46,669 nucleotides of DNA from positions 1 to 46,669 of the forward strand of contig CANRDK010000001.1 of NCBI GenBank assembly GCA_947629345.1, in the 5' to 3' direction. Origin of the DNA: an uncultured Clostridia bacterium. GTDB lineage: Bacteria > Bacillota > Clostridia > Christensenellales > Borkfalkiaceae. The position numbers were made by a program, and so were the translations under genes. The notes beneath the pieces are model-generated. The model searched no databases and was not told where the DNA came from. It saw nothing but the letters and a program-made list of their open reading frames with translations. The first letter of the stretch is position 1. Each line of letters opens with the position of its first letter. Below, piece by piece: positions 34,290-42,730 of this stretch.

Positions 34290-34697
34290 TTAGTTTGCTT
34301 TGAAAATTTTCACGTCGGAAAATTCGATCTCCAAAACATCATGGTGCGCTTCGCTGCCCACAAAATACTCCAATTCGATTCGGGCGCGTATACATTGCTC
34401 TGCGGGAAAGCAGTCAAGCGCGAGGATATAGCAGTCTTTCATTCGCTTCGGCTTTTGAATATATTTTCCGTCCAAAAATGAGATTTCATAGAAATTTCCG
34501 CCCGCGGGCGTGGCTAACGCAGTCTTAAAATCGACAAGGAGCGAAAAGCAATCTTTCCCATTTTTTTCGTTATAGCGCACATCGACGAGTTTTGCATCGT
34601 GGAAGGAGATGTTCGTAAGGAAGCATAAGCTGTCGGCTACAAAAAGTTTATGATTTTGCGTTTTTGTAGTGTTACACATGATTTTTTCTCTGTACAA
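34290..34697 (-). CDS. hypothetical protein (about 129-135 aa)
   Basis: Clean ORF. The start is either TTG 34697 or ATG 34679. No recognised family. Confidence 0.45.
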   Translation of the reverse strand: MYREKIMCNTTKTQNHKLFVADSLCFLTNISFHDAKLVDVRYNEKNGKDCFSLLVDFKTALATPAGGNFYEISFLDGKYIQKPKRMKDCYILALDCFPAEQCIRARIELEYFVGSEAHHDVLEIEFSDVKIFKAN

Positions 34698-35534
34698 TTA
34701 TAACCTCATGATATATTCCAACAATCCCAACTCCCGCGCAACTTGCTTGTAATATTCGGATTGCAGATACTGCGGGGCGAATTTTTCTCGGTTGTAAATC
34801 ACATCGTCCGCCGTCTTGGGTACGGGAAGCGGCTGCAGGTCGGCAAAATTGTTCAGGGAAATGAGGACAGAATAGGTCTCTTCGGTCAGATAGCTTTTTG
34901 CGATTTGCCGAAACTTCAAAAAGTCACACGGACAGGAGGGCTCCGTGTAGACAAAGTAGTGTACCGCTGCATCGACGTACCAACACAGGTCGAGGAGAAT
35001 GCGCATCTCTTTTTTTAGCTCAGATTTTGCCTTATGCTGCAAACCCGCCGCAATTTTTTGCATTTGCCCGTACAGCGGCATCTTCTTGATGGTATCGTTT
35101 ACGGCAGATAACACCACATCTTTGAGGCTGTCGTCCACCTCTGCCATGTGGTAGAGCGAAAAGACTTCGTGCGAAACACAGGAGAACAGGCATTTATCGT
35201 CCTGAAACAGAGCTAAATTTTCGAGTAAAACAGTTTTCTCATCTCCGAATATGCAGATAAGGCTTTCTTCAAGAATATGCTTTTTGAGCGGCTCGGTCAA
35301 TTGAAAGCGGAACAGATTGCCCCACATTCCTCCGTCGCTTTCTCCGTGCCGACAATACAGAAAGGCGGGAATGATATCTTCATATTTTGTGCCATACAAA
35401 TCGTAAATATCTTTCAGTCCGTACATATCGCTTCCCAAAAATTCGGCGGCATCACAGACTGCCAGCACTGTATTCGTAACGCTCTGTTCTACTTCCCCGA
35501 ACAGCATGTAACAAGGGATATCTTCAATATACAT
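34698..35534 (-). CDS. hypothetical protein (278 aa)
   Basis: ORF 34698..35642 trimmed to ATG 35534 (MYIEDIPCYMLFGEV...) to avoid overlap with the upstream gene. No recognised family. Confidence 0.5.
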   Translation of the reverse strand: MYIEDIPCYMLFGEVEQSVTNTVLAVCDAAEFLGSDMYGLKDIYDLYGTKYEDIIPAFLYCRHGESDGGMWGNLFRFQLTEPLKKHILEESLICIFGDEKTVLLENLALFQDDKCLFSCVSHEVFSLYHMAEVDDSLKDVVLSAVNDTIKKMPLYGQMQKIAAGLQHKAKSELKKEMRILLDLCWYVDAAVHYFVYTEPSCPCDFLKFRQIAKSYLTEETYSVLISLNNFADLQPLPVPKTADDVIYNREKFAPQYLQSEYYKQVARELGLLEYIMRL

Positions 35535-35569
35535 ATTCGCTCCGCTCGTCCGCGTTTGTAAAATGAGAT

Positions 35570-35983
35570 TTACAGCTCTATCGTTTCGGTCTTGAAATCG
35601 CAATAATATTCGGCTGTCATGCCCCTGAATTTCAACACACAATAATCGGGATCGGTCACGCCCTGTTTATAAAACATCTTATCGCCAAAACGCCAGATCT
35701 CGTCTTTCGTCGGCTGGTCGGTGCAGACCTGCATTTCACCGATAACGGTAACACCCTGATACTTGAACTTTCCGCGTTTATAAAAATAGACGCAAGCCTT
35801 ATGATTCGCCAAATACTGCTTTATCTTGTTGGACGAGGTGTTTGTCGTAAAGTAAATCTCGTTGCCGTCTATCTTACGAGGAGCGAGCATTGCTCGTATC
35901 ACGGGATAGCCCTGCTCATTGACAGACGCAATGAACGCCGTCTTTTGCTCGGATATAAATTGAAATAGTTGTGATTTTTCCAT
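35570..35983 (-). CDS. pyridoxamine 5'-phosphate oxidase family (FMN-binding split barrel) protein
   Basis: ATG 35983 after GGAGAG. ...KTAFIASVNEQGYPVIRAMLAP...IYFTTNTSSNK... is typical of the PNPOx-like family. Confidence 0.75.
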   Translation of the reverse strand: MEKSQLFQFISEQKTAFIASVNEQGYPVIRAMLAPRKIDGNEIYFTTNTSSNKIKQYLANHKACVYFYKRGKFKYQGVTVIGEMQVCTDQPTKDEIWRFGDKMFYKQGVTDPDYCVLKFRGMTAEYYCDFKTETIEL

Positions 35984-36008
35984 GGTGTTACTCTCCAAAA
36001 ATTGAAAA

Positions 36009-36326
36009 TTACCGCTTTTTCATTTTCGGCATTGGCAGGTCGTCATACATTGCCTCAAATAATCCTTTCAAAAAAGCCGTGTCATCCACATTGTCCACAT
36101 TGAGCATTTCCTTTGCGCCCTCATACGGCAAGGAATACTCCGCTTGGGGCAAATACGAAAGAGCGGGTTTCACGGGTTTTACGAGCAATCTATCATCGTA
36201 GATTCCCCCGACAAGTTTGCCGCGATAGTAAATCAGAAATTCACCCATCATGGGCTTGTAGGTGATGTCCTCTAAGCCTGAAAGTTGCTCTAAAATGAAA
36301 TTCAAATATTCCCTGCTTGACGGCAT
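36009..36326 (-). CDS. TfoX N-terminal domain protein
   Basis: ATG 36326 after GGAGGAA. ...EYLNFILEQLSGLEDITYKPMMGEFLIYYRGKLVGGIYDDRLLVK... is typical of the TfoX_N domain. Confidence 0.75.
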   Translation of the reverse strand: MPSSREYLNFILEQLSGLEDITYKPMMGEFLIYYRGKLVGGIYDDRLLVKPVKPALSYLPQAEYSLPYEGAKEMLNVDNVDDTAFLKGLFEAMYDDLPMPKMKKR

Positions 36327-36348
36327 AATTCCTCCATTCAATTGAAAT

Positions 36349-36771
36349 TTATTTCTCTGATTTTTCCAAAACAAACGAAAAGCTTCCGTCGCTGCATTTG
36401 CCGTCCGATTCAATGATGATGTAAATCGTTTTGTTGCCTGTAAAAGTTTCGGTTTTTCCGTCAACAGAACCGTCGGTTTCAATGTCAAACAGGTTCAGCT
36501 TTTCATCATTAAAATCATAGAAAACTTTTATATTCCCTTCTCCCAACGTCGCTTCATAAGATATAAATACCTCGTCTGCGCTCTTGTTTTTCAATTTCAA
36601 TACGAGCGTTCCGCTAAAACTATCGAATGAAACCGACGCTTTATTTGAGGTATTTTCCTTTACCATCAACATAGCACTGTAATGGCTTACATATTTATTT
36701 CCGCAAGCAGATAATGTAAAACACAATACCAATGTTACCGCTGCAATGATCACACTTGCAAATTTTTTCAT
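36349..36771 (-). CDS. hypothetical lipoprotein (140 aa)
   Basis: ORF trimmed to ATG 36771 (MKKFASVIIAAVTLVLCFTLSACGN, lipobox LSAC). Promoter TTGCAT-17-TGgTATAAT lies upstream. Confidence 0.6.
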   Translation of the reverse strand: MKKFASVIIAAVTLVLCFTLSACGNKYVSHYSAMLMVKENTSNKASVSFDSFSGTLVLKLKNKSADEVFISYEATLGEGNIKVFYDFNDEKLNLFDIETDGSVDGKTETFTGNKTIYIIIESDGKCSDGSFSFVLEKSEK

Positions 36772-36911
36772 AATAAACTTCTCCAGCAAAATACTGTTTG
36801 TTGTTTCAATTATACCATAAACACAGGACAAATGCAAGTAGGCAGAAATCGTAAATAAAAAAATCCGACCCATTCACTCGTTACGAGGATTCGGTTCGGA
36901 TTTACTTGAGC

Positions 36912-36995
36912 TGGTGCGGTCGACAGGAGTTGAACCTGCATGGTCATCCCACAAGATCCTTAGTCTTGCGCGTCTGCCAATTCCGCCACGACCGC
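36912..36995 (-). tRNA. tRNA-Leu, anticodon AAG (class II, long variable arm, encoded CCA)
   Basis: Hand fold. Acceptor GCGGTCG/CGACCGC, 3-bp D stem, anticodon stem CAAGA/TCTTG with loop CTAAGGA, T loop TTCAACT, 3' CCA. Confidence 0.8.
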
Positions 36996-37059
36996 ATTCA
37001 TGTCCGCTGTCACCCGACAGCTTTTATATTCTACCGCATTTCAAACCAAATGTCAACTG

Positions 37060-37593
37060 TTATGCGTACAAAAATTCATAGATTTTCTGAAATTTTCTGA
37101 CTTTTTTTATATACGAAGCTGTTTCGGGGAACGGAATTTCAGAGAGCGAGGCCCCGTCGGAGGAGTACCGTTCGTCCTTCAGCCATGCCGAAACATTCCC
37201 CTCCCCCGCGTTATAGGCTGCAAGGGCGGCATCCTCGTTCTCGAACCGTGCCATGAGATAGAGCAGGTAGCGTGTGCCGAGGAGAATGTTGTATTCCCCC
37301 TCCTTGAGCCTCGACGGGTCGAAAGAAAGTTCCTCCCTTCGGCAGATGAATTCCGCCGTCGAGGGTTTGATCTGCATGAGCCCGACGGCCCCCGCGGCGC
37401 TTTCGGCGTCCTCACGGTAACCGCTCTCCGCCCGCATGACCGCATACACGAGGGAAGGCTTCACGCCGCTGCCCCTCACCGCCTCTCTGTAGGGACGGGG
37501 ATATGCGCCGAGAAATCCGAGCCATACGGCGAGCAAGATCAGCGCAAACGCTGCGATGGATACGGCGATCAAAACGGACTTGTTTTTCATCAC
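37060..37593 (-). CDS. lytic transglycosylase (SLT domain) with N-terminal membrane anchor
   Basis: 177 aa. ...AVMRAESGYREDAESAAGAVGLMQI... and AYNAGEGNV motifs. Confidence 0.88.
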   Translation of the reverse strand: MMKNKSVLIAVSIAAFALILLAVWLGFLGAYPRPYREAVRGSGVKPSLVYAVMRAESGYREDAESAAGAVGLMQIKPSTAEFICRREELSFDPSRLKEGEYNILLGTRYLLYLMARFENEDAALAAYNAGEGNVSAWLKDERYSSDGASLSEIPFPETASYIKKVRKFQKIYEFLYA

Positions 37594-37638
37594 AATAGAG
37601 TATGCCCGTTTTGAAGAAGATATTGACCTTTCATCCGT

Positions 37639-38217
37639 TCAGAGGCCCAAAGAATGTAGGGCGAGCCTCAAATTTTCCTCTAATTCTACAAGGGAACCGC
37701 TGTTTTGGACCACAACTACCCCTTCCCGCTTCCGCTCCCCATCGGAAAGTTGGGCGGAAATGCGGCGTTTCACCTCCGTCTCGCTCATGCCGTCCCTTTG
37801 CATGACCGCGGCAATGCGCTCCCCCTCCTCTCTCTCGACGAGCAGGACGCCGTCGAACAGGGTTTCATATCCCCCCTCAAAGAGGAGAGGCACCTCCGCA
37901 AACGACACGGCGTGTTTCTCCATCTCGTCTGAAAGTTGCCGCATGATGCGCGGATGGGCGATGGCCTCGAGTCTCTTCCGCTCTCCTGTGTCGGAAAAGA
38001 TGAGCGCAGAGAGTCTGTTTTTGAAGATTTTCCCCTCCTCCGTGCATGCGGGGAAGGCCTCGGCAAGGATCTTCAGATAAGTTTCATCCTTCCAGAGTTC
38101 GCGCGAGATCTCGTCGCAGGAGAAAACGGGATAGCCCATCCCTGCAAGGAGGCTTAAGGCGGCCGTCTTTCCGCTGCCGATCCCGCCTGTGACTGCAATT
38201 TTTTTACTTTGCTTCAT
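37639..38217 (-). CDS. coaE: dephospho-CoA kinase
   Basis: 192 aa. P-loop VTGGIGSGKT. Downstream of polA as in many Firmicutes. Confidence 0.9.
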   Translation of the reverse strand: MKQSKKIAVTGGIGSGKTAALSLLAGMGYPVFSCDEISRELWKDETYLKILAEAFPACTEEGKIFKNRLSALIFSDTGERKRLEAIAHPRIMRQLSDEMEKHAVSFAEVPLLFEGGYETLFDGVLLVEREEGERIAAVMQRDGMSETEVKRRISAQLSDGERKREGVVVVQNSGSLVELEENLRLALHSLGL

Positions 38218-40747
38218 ACCAGCTCTTCCCCACGGACGCCTCCGCGATCAGCGGCACGGAGAGTTCCATTGCACCCTCCATCTCCTCACGCAGGAGTGTT
38301 TTGACCTGCTCCGTCTCCTCAGTCGGCGTATCGATCACGAGTTCATCGTGCACCTGAAGCACAAGTCTTGCCCTCAAGCCCTCCTTCCTGAGCCGACGGT
38401 CCACGGCGATCATGGCGATCTTGATGATCTCGGCAGCGCTCCCCTGCAAGGGCATGTTCATGGCGGCGCGCTCACCGAACGATCTCTCGTTGAAATTGGT
38501 CGATTTCAGTTCAGGGACATAGCGTTTTCTGCCGAGAATGGTCGTTACATACTCATGTTCTTTGGCGAATCTTACACTTTCATCCAAATAGGCCTTGACC
38601 TCGGGATAGGATTGGAAATATTTATTGATGTAGAACTGCGCTTCCGCCTGCGAAACGTTGATGTCCTTGGCGAGGCCGAATGCACTCATGCCGTAAATGA
38701 TGCCGAAATTGACGCTCTTCGCCTTGCGCCGCATGGCAGGTGTGACTTCACCGACGGAAACGCCGAATACGGACGCCGCCGTCGCGGCATGAATATCCTC
38801 CCCCCTCTTATATGCCTCGATCAGGGCGGGGCATTGGGAGAGGTGTGCGAGCAGACGGAGCTCGATCTGGGAATAGTCCGCGTCCACAAAGACATTCCCG
38901 GGGCGGGCGATGAAGAGCTTCCTCAGCTCCCTCCCCTCCTCTGTGCGGATGGGAATGTTTTGCAAATTGGGGTTTGCGCTCGAGATCCTTCCCGTCGCCG
39001 TCATCGTCTGATTGTATGTCGTGTGGACGATCCCCGCCTGCACGAGCGGACGGATCCCGTCGATATAGGTGGAACGGAACTTCTGCACTTCCCGAAAGCG
39101 CAGAATGAGCCGCACGATCTCATGAGTCTCCGCAAGTTGCTCCAAGACCTCTGCGCTCGTCGAATAGCCGCCTCGAATGTTCTTTTTGGCCCCTTTCGGC
39201 CGAAGTCCAAGTTTTTCGTAGAGAATTTCGGAGAGTTGGAAGGGAGAATTGAGGTTGAAGGACTTCACCCCCGCAAGATCAAAGATCTTCTTGGAGAGCA
39301 TGTCGATCTCAGCCCTGTATTTTTCGGAGAACTCGGAAAATTTTTCGGTATCCACGCGGACGCCGTAGCGCTCCATGCCGAGAAGGACAAGGGAGAGCGG
39401 CTGTTCGAGCTCGTAGTAAAGTTTTTCCTCGGGCGTTCCCACGATCTTTTTCATCACGTCGTCGTGGGCAAGTTTCAGCGCATAGGCGCAATTTTTGTCC
39501 GAAAGGCCGTAGTCCTTGACGTAGTCGGATACCGTCAGTGCACGCATGTTGGAATCTACGAGATAGCGCAAAATTGAGATATCGTCGATTTTACAGTTGA
39601 ACTTGAGGTTGAGCGCATCGAACTGATGAGCGATCGCCTTAAAATCCACCACGATCGCCGTATGCCCCTCTGACATGAGCACATTGAGGATGGGTACAAG
39701 CTCATCAAAGAAAATGCCGTCGTCAAGAATGTTTTCTTTGATCCTGAAGATATTTTCCGTCCCATTGAGATAGATATGACACTCCCTTCCGTACATGCAG
39801 AACGCAAACTCCCCCTCCGCAGGGAGAGAATGCAGAAATTCTTCCGCGGCGGGATAGGCAGTCTTTGTCTCCGTCTCTGTTCCCTTGGCAAAATAATCGC
39901 TGTCCACCATGGAGCGGAACTCCAGCTTGATCAGACAGTCCCTCGCCGCCTTGGGGAAGGGCAATGTAAGACGGCAGCTCTCCAGCGTGACGTCGATCGG
40001 CACATTCGTGTTGATGGTCGCAAGCGTATGGGAGAGCTGTCCCATCTCTTTCCCTTCCTCTAACTTTTTCTGCAGGGAACCGTTGAGCTCTCCGAGGTGC
40101 GCATAGATACCTTCAAAGTCTCCGTACTTTTGAAGAAGATCGATGGCAGTTTTCGGCCCGATCCCCTTGACCCCGGGAATATTGTCAGAACTATCGCCCA
40201 TGAGAGATTTCTCTTCGATGATCTGTGCGGGCGTCAGGCCTACCTTTTCGTAGAAATTTTCATTTGTCAGGAGATCGATCTCGGTGACGCCCCGCTTGGT
40301 GAAGCAGACGTTGACATGTTCGTTGACGAGCTGGTAGGCGTCCCTGTCCCCCGTGTAGATATAGGAATCGACGTTCTCAAAGCGGCGGGAAAGGGTGCCG
40401 ATAATGTCGTCGGCCTCATATCCTGCGAGTTCGACACAGCGGATATTCATGGCTACCAAAAGTTCCTTCAAGAGCGGGACCTGCACGACAAGCTCCTCGG
40501 GCATGGGTTTCCGCGTGCCCTTGTAACCGTCGTACATCTTGTGGCGGAAGGTCGGCGCATGGACATCAAAAGCGACTGCAAAATATTGTGGTTTGTCTGT
40601 CTCGATGATCTTGATGATGAGTTTGACAAAGCCGAAAATGCCGTTCGTCGGGACGCCGTCTTTGGTGCTGAAAACTTTCATTGCATAGAAAGCCCTGTTT
40701 AAAAGACTATTGCCATCGACGAGAACAAGTTTTTGGTTTTGATTCAT
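38204..40747 (-). CDS. polA: DNA polymerase I
   Basis: 847 aa. 5' nuclease domain (LVLVDGNSLLNRAFYA) and polymerase motifs (DYSQIELRLLAH, RRKAKSVNFGIIYG, QVHDELV). Confidence 0.96.
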   Translation of the reverse strand: MNQNQKLVLVDGNSLLNRAFYAMKVFSTKDGVPTNGIFGFVKLIIKIIETDKPQYFAVAFDVHAPTFRHKMYDGYKGTRKPMPEELVVQVPLLKELLVAMNIRCVELAGYEADDIIGTLSRRFENVDSYIYTGDRDAYQLVNEHVNVCFTKRGVTEIDLLTNENFYEKVGLTPAQIIEEKSLMGDSSDNIPGVKGIGPKTAIDLLQKYGDFEGIYAHLGELNGSLQKKLEEGKEMGQLSHTLATINTNVPIDVTLESCRLTLPFPKAARDCLIKLEFRSMVDSDYFAKGTETETKTAYPAAEEFLHSLPAEGEFAFCMYGRECHIYLNGTENIFRIKENILDDGIFFDELVPILNVLMSEGHTAIVVDFKAIAHQFDALNLKFNCKIDDISILRYLVDSNMRALTVSDYVKDYGLSDKNCAYALKLAHDDVMKKIVGTPEEKLYYELEQPLSLVLLGMERYGVRVDTEKFSEFSEKYRAEIDMLSKKIFDLAGVKSFNLNSPFQLSEILYEKLGLRPKGAKKNIRGGYSTSAEVLEQLAETHEIVRLILRFREVQKFRSTYIDGIRPLVQAGIVHTTYNQTMTATGRISSANPNLQNIPIRTEEGRELRKLFIARPGNVFVDADYSQIELRLLAHLSQCPALIEAYKRGEDIHAATAASVFGVSVGEVTPAMRRKAKSVNFGIIYGMSAFGLAKDINVSQAEAQFYINKYFQSYPEVKAYLDESVRFAKEHEYVTTILGRKRYVPELKSTNFNERSFGERAAMNMPLQGSAAEIIKIAMIAVDRRLRKEGLRARLVLQVHDELVIDTPTEETEQVKTLLREEMEGAMELSVPLIAEASVGKSWYEAK

Positions 40748-40815
40748 AAAAAGCTCTCCTTTAAAGATATTGTAGCATGAAAGATTTTTTTTTGCAAGAA
40801 AAAGAGAGAAAACAC

Positions 40816-40844
40816 TTGCCTTATTCCGAAGATTATTATATAAT
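40816..40844 (+). promoter_or_regulatory. sigma-A-type promoter of tRNA-Leu(CAA)
   Basis: TTGCCT (40816-40821), 17 nt, TATAAT (40839-40844), 8 nt before the tRNA 5' end. Confidence 0.5.
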
Positions 40845-40852
40845 TGAATTGC

Positions 40853-40940
40853 GCCGGTGTGGTGGAATTGGCAGACGCGCTGGACTCAAAATCCTGTGGA
40901 CTAATCATCCGTATCGGTTCGACCCCGATCACCGGCACCA
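40853..40940 (+). tRNA. tRNA-Leu, anticodon CAA (class II, encoded CCA)
   Basis: Hand fold. Acceptor GCCGGTG/CACCGGC, anticodon loop CTCAAAA, T loop TTCGACC, 3' CCA. Confidence 0.85.
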
Positions 40941-40943
40941 CCA

Positions 40944-40979
40944 CCAACCTAATTCGAACCGAGTTGGGTTGGTCTTTTT
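40944..40979 (+). terminator. rho-independent terminator after tRNA-Leu(CAA)
   Basis: 12-bp stem with G-U pairs (CCAACCTAATTC/GAGTTGGGTTGG) followed by TCTTTTT. Confidence 0.6.
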
Positions 40980-40985
40980 CTATGT

Positions 40986-41052
40986 AAAAAGCGAGGACAA
41001 ACAGCCCTCGCTTTCTTTGTAATCTCTTCTAAATTGAATTTTATCTTACATT
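40986..41052. repeat. 3'-end/terminator module, copy 1
   Basis: AAAGCGAGGACAAACAGCCCTCGCTTT hairpin plus TAAATTGAATTTTATCTTACAT. Homologous to 41334-41393. Confidence 0.7.
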
Positions 41053-41172
41053 CCATTGTTCTAATAATTCAAAACTTTACCAAAGACCTAATATTTCCAA
41101 ATCCATACTTTGAATATCTGTAATTTTGTCCCAATCTCTTTCTAAAACAATATTGTCTATTTGTTGTGCCTT
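41044..41172 (-). pseudogene. truncated paralog fragment of the neighbouring lipoprotein gene, fused to promoter module Z
   Basis: The minus strand reads KAQQIDNIVLERDWDKITDIQSMDLEILGLW* then SFELLEQWNVR* in the same frame. DKITDIQ resembles SKTDDIQ near the C-terminus of ORF 41382..41867. No start codon. Confidence 0.35.
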
Positions 41173-41250
41173 ATATCATAACGCTAAAAGAAAAATCAAG
41201 CCCGAACAGGGCAAAACGCTAAATGCCGTTTTAACTCGGTTCGGCGGCCC
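41170..41250. repeat. terminator-plus-promoter module, copy Z (diverged)
   Basis: Minus strand: hairpin CCGAAC..AAAACG-loop-CGTTTT..GTTCGG, then TTGATT, 18 nt, TATAAG. It shares GAAAA(A)TCAAGC and general layout with copies X and Y. Confidence 0.5.
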
Positions 41251-41333
41251 ATCCTTTCCATTGAAACAGCTTTACTTTCATGAGGATAGGCATATCGACG
41301 AAAATCGATCGAAATTGAGCCGATGAAACACAA

Positions 41334-41393
41334 AGAAAGCGAGGACAGCTGCCCTCGCCTTATATTTTGTAAAATTGAAATTTATCTATATTG
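41334..41393. repeat. 3'-end/terminator module, copy 2 (functional terminator of the lipoprotein gene)
   Basis: Minus strand: GCGAGGGCAGCTGTCCTCGC followed by TTTCTTTGTGTTT. Homologous to 40986-41052. Confidence 0.7.
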
Positions 41394-41867
41394 ATAAATC
41401 ACTTCACCCAACTGAATATCATCTGTCTTAGACAATTCCGCGCAATAGGAAAAATAGATGATGTCTTCTGCGATCCCGCTCCCCGAATGAATTTTTACCC
41501 GCGAAAAACAAGGATATAATTTCCCGTCATGAGCCAGAATGTCAAGAAATTGCATTTCGTCCGAAGAGCCGCCGACCGCCATAAATACAAGCAAATTGCT
41601 CTTCTCAAAAAATTCCTCGGTATAATCAAGCGGAAAATCATATTCCGCATAACTCTCGTAGTCGCTGAAAATCTTTGCATTTTCCGTTGAAAAGGTTGAA
41701 GTTAAAAATGACGAAATACATCTTTCCTCGCCTTTCAATAAAAACTCTTTTGCTTTGAATCCGGAAGAGATATAATCTTTATATGGATCTGCGGCACAAG
41801 CGGCAAAAATCACCGTAAAACCACACATAAAAAGCAGCATGGCGAATATTCTTGATATTGTTCTCAT
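41382..41867 (-). CDS. hypothetical lipoprotein (161 aa)
   Basis: ORF trimmed to ATG 41867 after GGAGG. MRTISRIFAMLLFMCGFTVIFAACAAD (lipobox FAAC). Confidence 0.6.
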   Translation of the reverse strand: MRTISRIFAMLLFMCGFTVIFAACAADPYKDYISSGFKAKEFLLKGEERCISSFLTSTFSTENAKIFSDYESYAEYDFPLDYTEEFFEKSNLLVFMAVGGSSDEMQFLDILAHDGKLYPCFSRVKIHSGSGIAEDIIYFSYCAELSKTDDIQLGEVIYQYR

Positions 41868-42019
41868 CAAACACCTCCTACCTATAAAACGTTTGTACAA
41901 GAAAAATGTCCCGCAGAACGACAAATTTTTTTGATTTTATGATAATAAAATGAAATTCTGGCGGGCATTTTTACGAAAAAAAGCACTGATGCGTGGCAAG
42001 AAGATAAATATATTGTACG

Positions 42020-42730
42020 TCAGGCCTCGATGATGACCGCCACCTTGCACCAAAAGCCGACTGCGGTGACGAAGATCTCCGTGTAAGCGGGCGGTTCGAG
42101 GCAGGTGAAGTAAAATGGATATAAATCGACCGGGGTAGATTCCCTGCCCCCTTCCGAGAATTCCCCCTCGTCGAAGGTGAAGAGCCGCGTATCGTAATAA
42201 ATTTTCACGTCGCCCTTGCCGAGCCTCGGATTCTTGCTCCCGCGAAAATTCAACCACACGGAAAATTCATACCGTTCTCCCGTTTTCAAATGATAGACTT
42301 CTGTTTTTTCGCTCCCTTTCAAAGTTTCGGATTCGGCTTTGAACCCCGCGCCGACGCCCGTGATCACCGAATCGCCCGAGCCCGGAAGCGGCAGTTCTTT
42401 CTCCCTTGTGAGAAAAACGCCGAGCAAGATCGCGGCGGTAATCAGGAGCGCGGTGGCAATGGCAATGAGCCCGATTAGCCATTTCTTCTGCCGTGAAAGC
42501 TTTCCGTTTTTTTCAACGATGATCGTCTCCGTCTCGCGGTCGGAGAGCATTTCTCCGCGGTCCACGCCGAACAGGGCCGCGATCTCGCCGAGGGAATCCT
42601 CGCTCGGGAGCCCCAAGCCGTTTTCCCATTTGGCGACGGCGCTGCGGCTGACATGGAGCTTTTCGGCAAGTTCCTCCTGCGTGAGTCCCCGCTCCTTCCG
42701 ATATTTCTTTAAATGTTCATGAAATTGCAT
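42020..42730 (-). CDS. membrane-anchored XRE-family (HTH_3) transcriptional regulator with extracytoplasmic C-terminal domain
   Basis: ORF trimmed to ATG 42730 after GGGAGGG. LKKYRKERGLTQEELAEKLHVSRSAVAKWENG (HTH), a central TM (WLIGLIAIATALLITAAILLGVFL), and an uncharacterised C-terminal domain of about 130 aa. Confidence 0.8.
   Translation of the reverse strand: MQFHEHLKKYRKERGLTQEELAEKLHVSRSAVAKWENGLGLPSEDSLGEIAALFGVDRGEMLSDRETETIIVEKNGKLSRQKKWLIGLIAIATALLITAAILLGVFLTREKELPLPGSGDSVITGVGAGFKAESETLKGSEKTEVYHLKTGERYEFSVWLNFRGSKNPRLGKGDVKIYYDTRLFTFDEGEFSEGGRESTPVDLYPFYFTCLEPPAYTEIFVTAVGFWCKVAVIIEA

Noticed and set aside
28522-36995. Prophage or integrative element at tRNA-Leu
   Set aside because: No integrase, excisionase, or phage structural or replication genes are present. 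I found no repeat of the tRNA 3' end at the distal border. Only a 7-nt TGGTGCG match at about 29558, which is consistent with chance.
41126-41326. Plus-strand ORF of 66 aa in the tRNA-Leu(CAA) downstream region
   Set aside because: It has no ribosome-binding site, and it runs antisense through promoter module Z and a terminator hairpin. The region is better explained as a gene remnant plus regulatory module on the minus strand.
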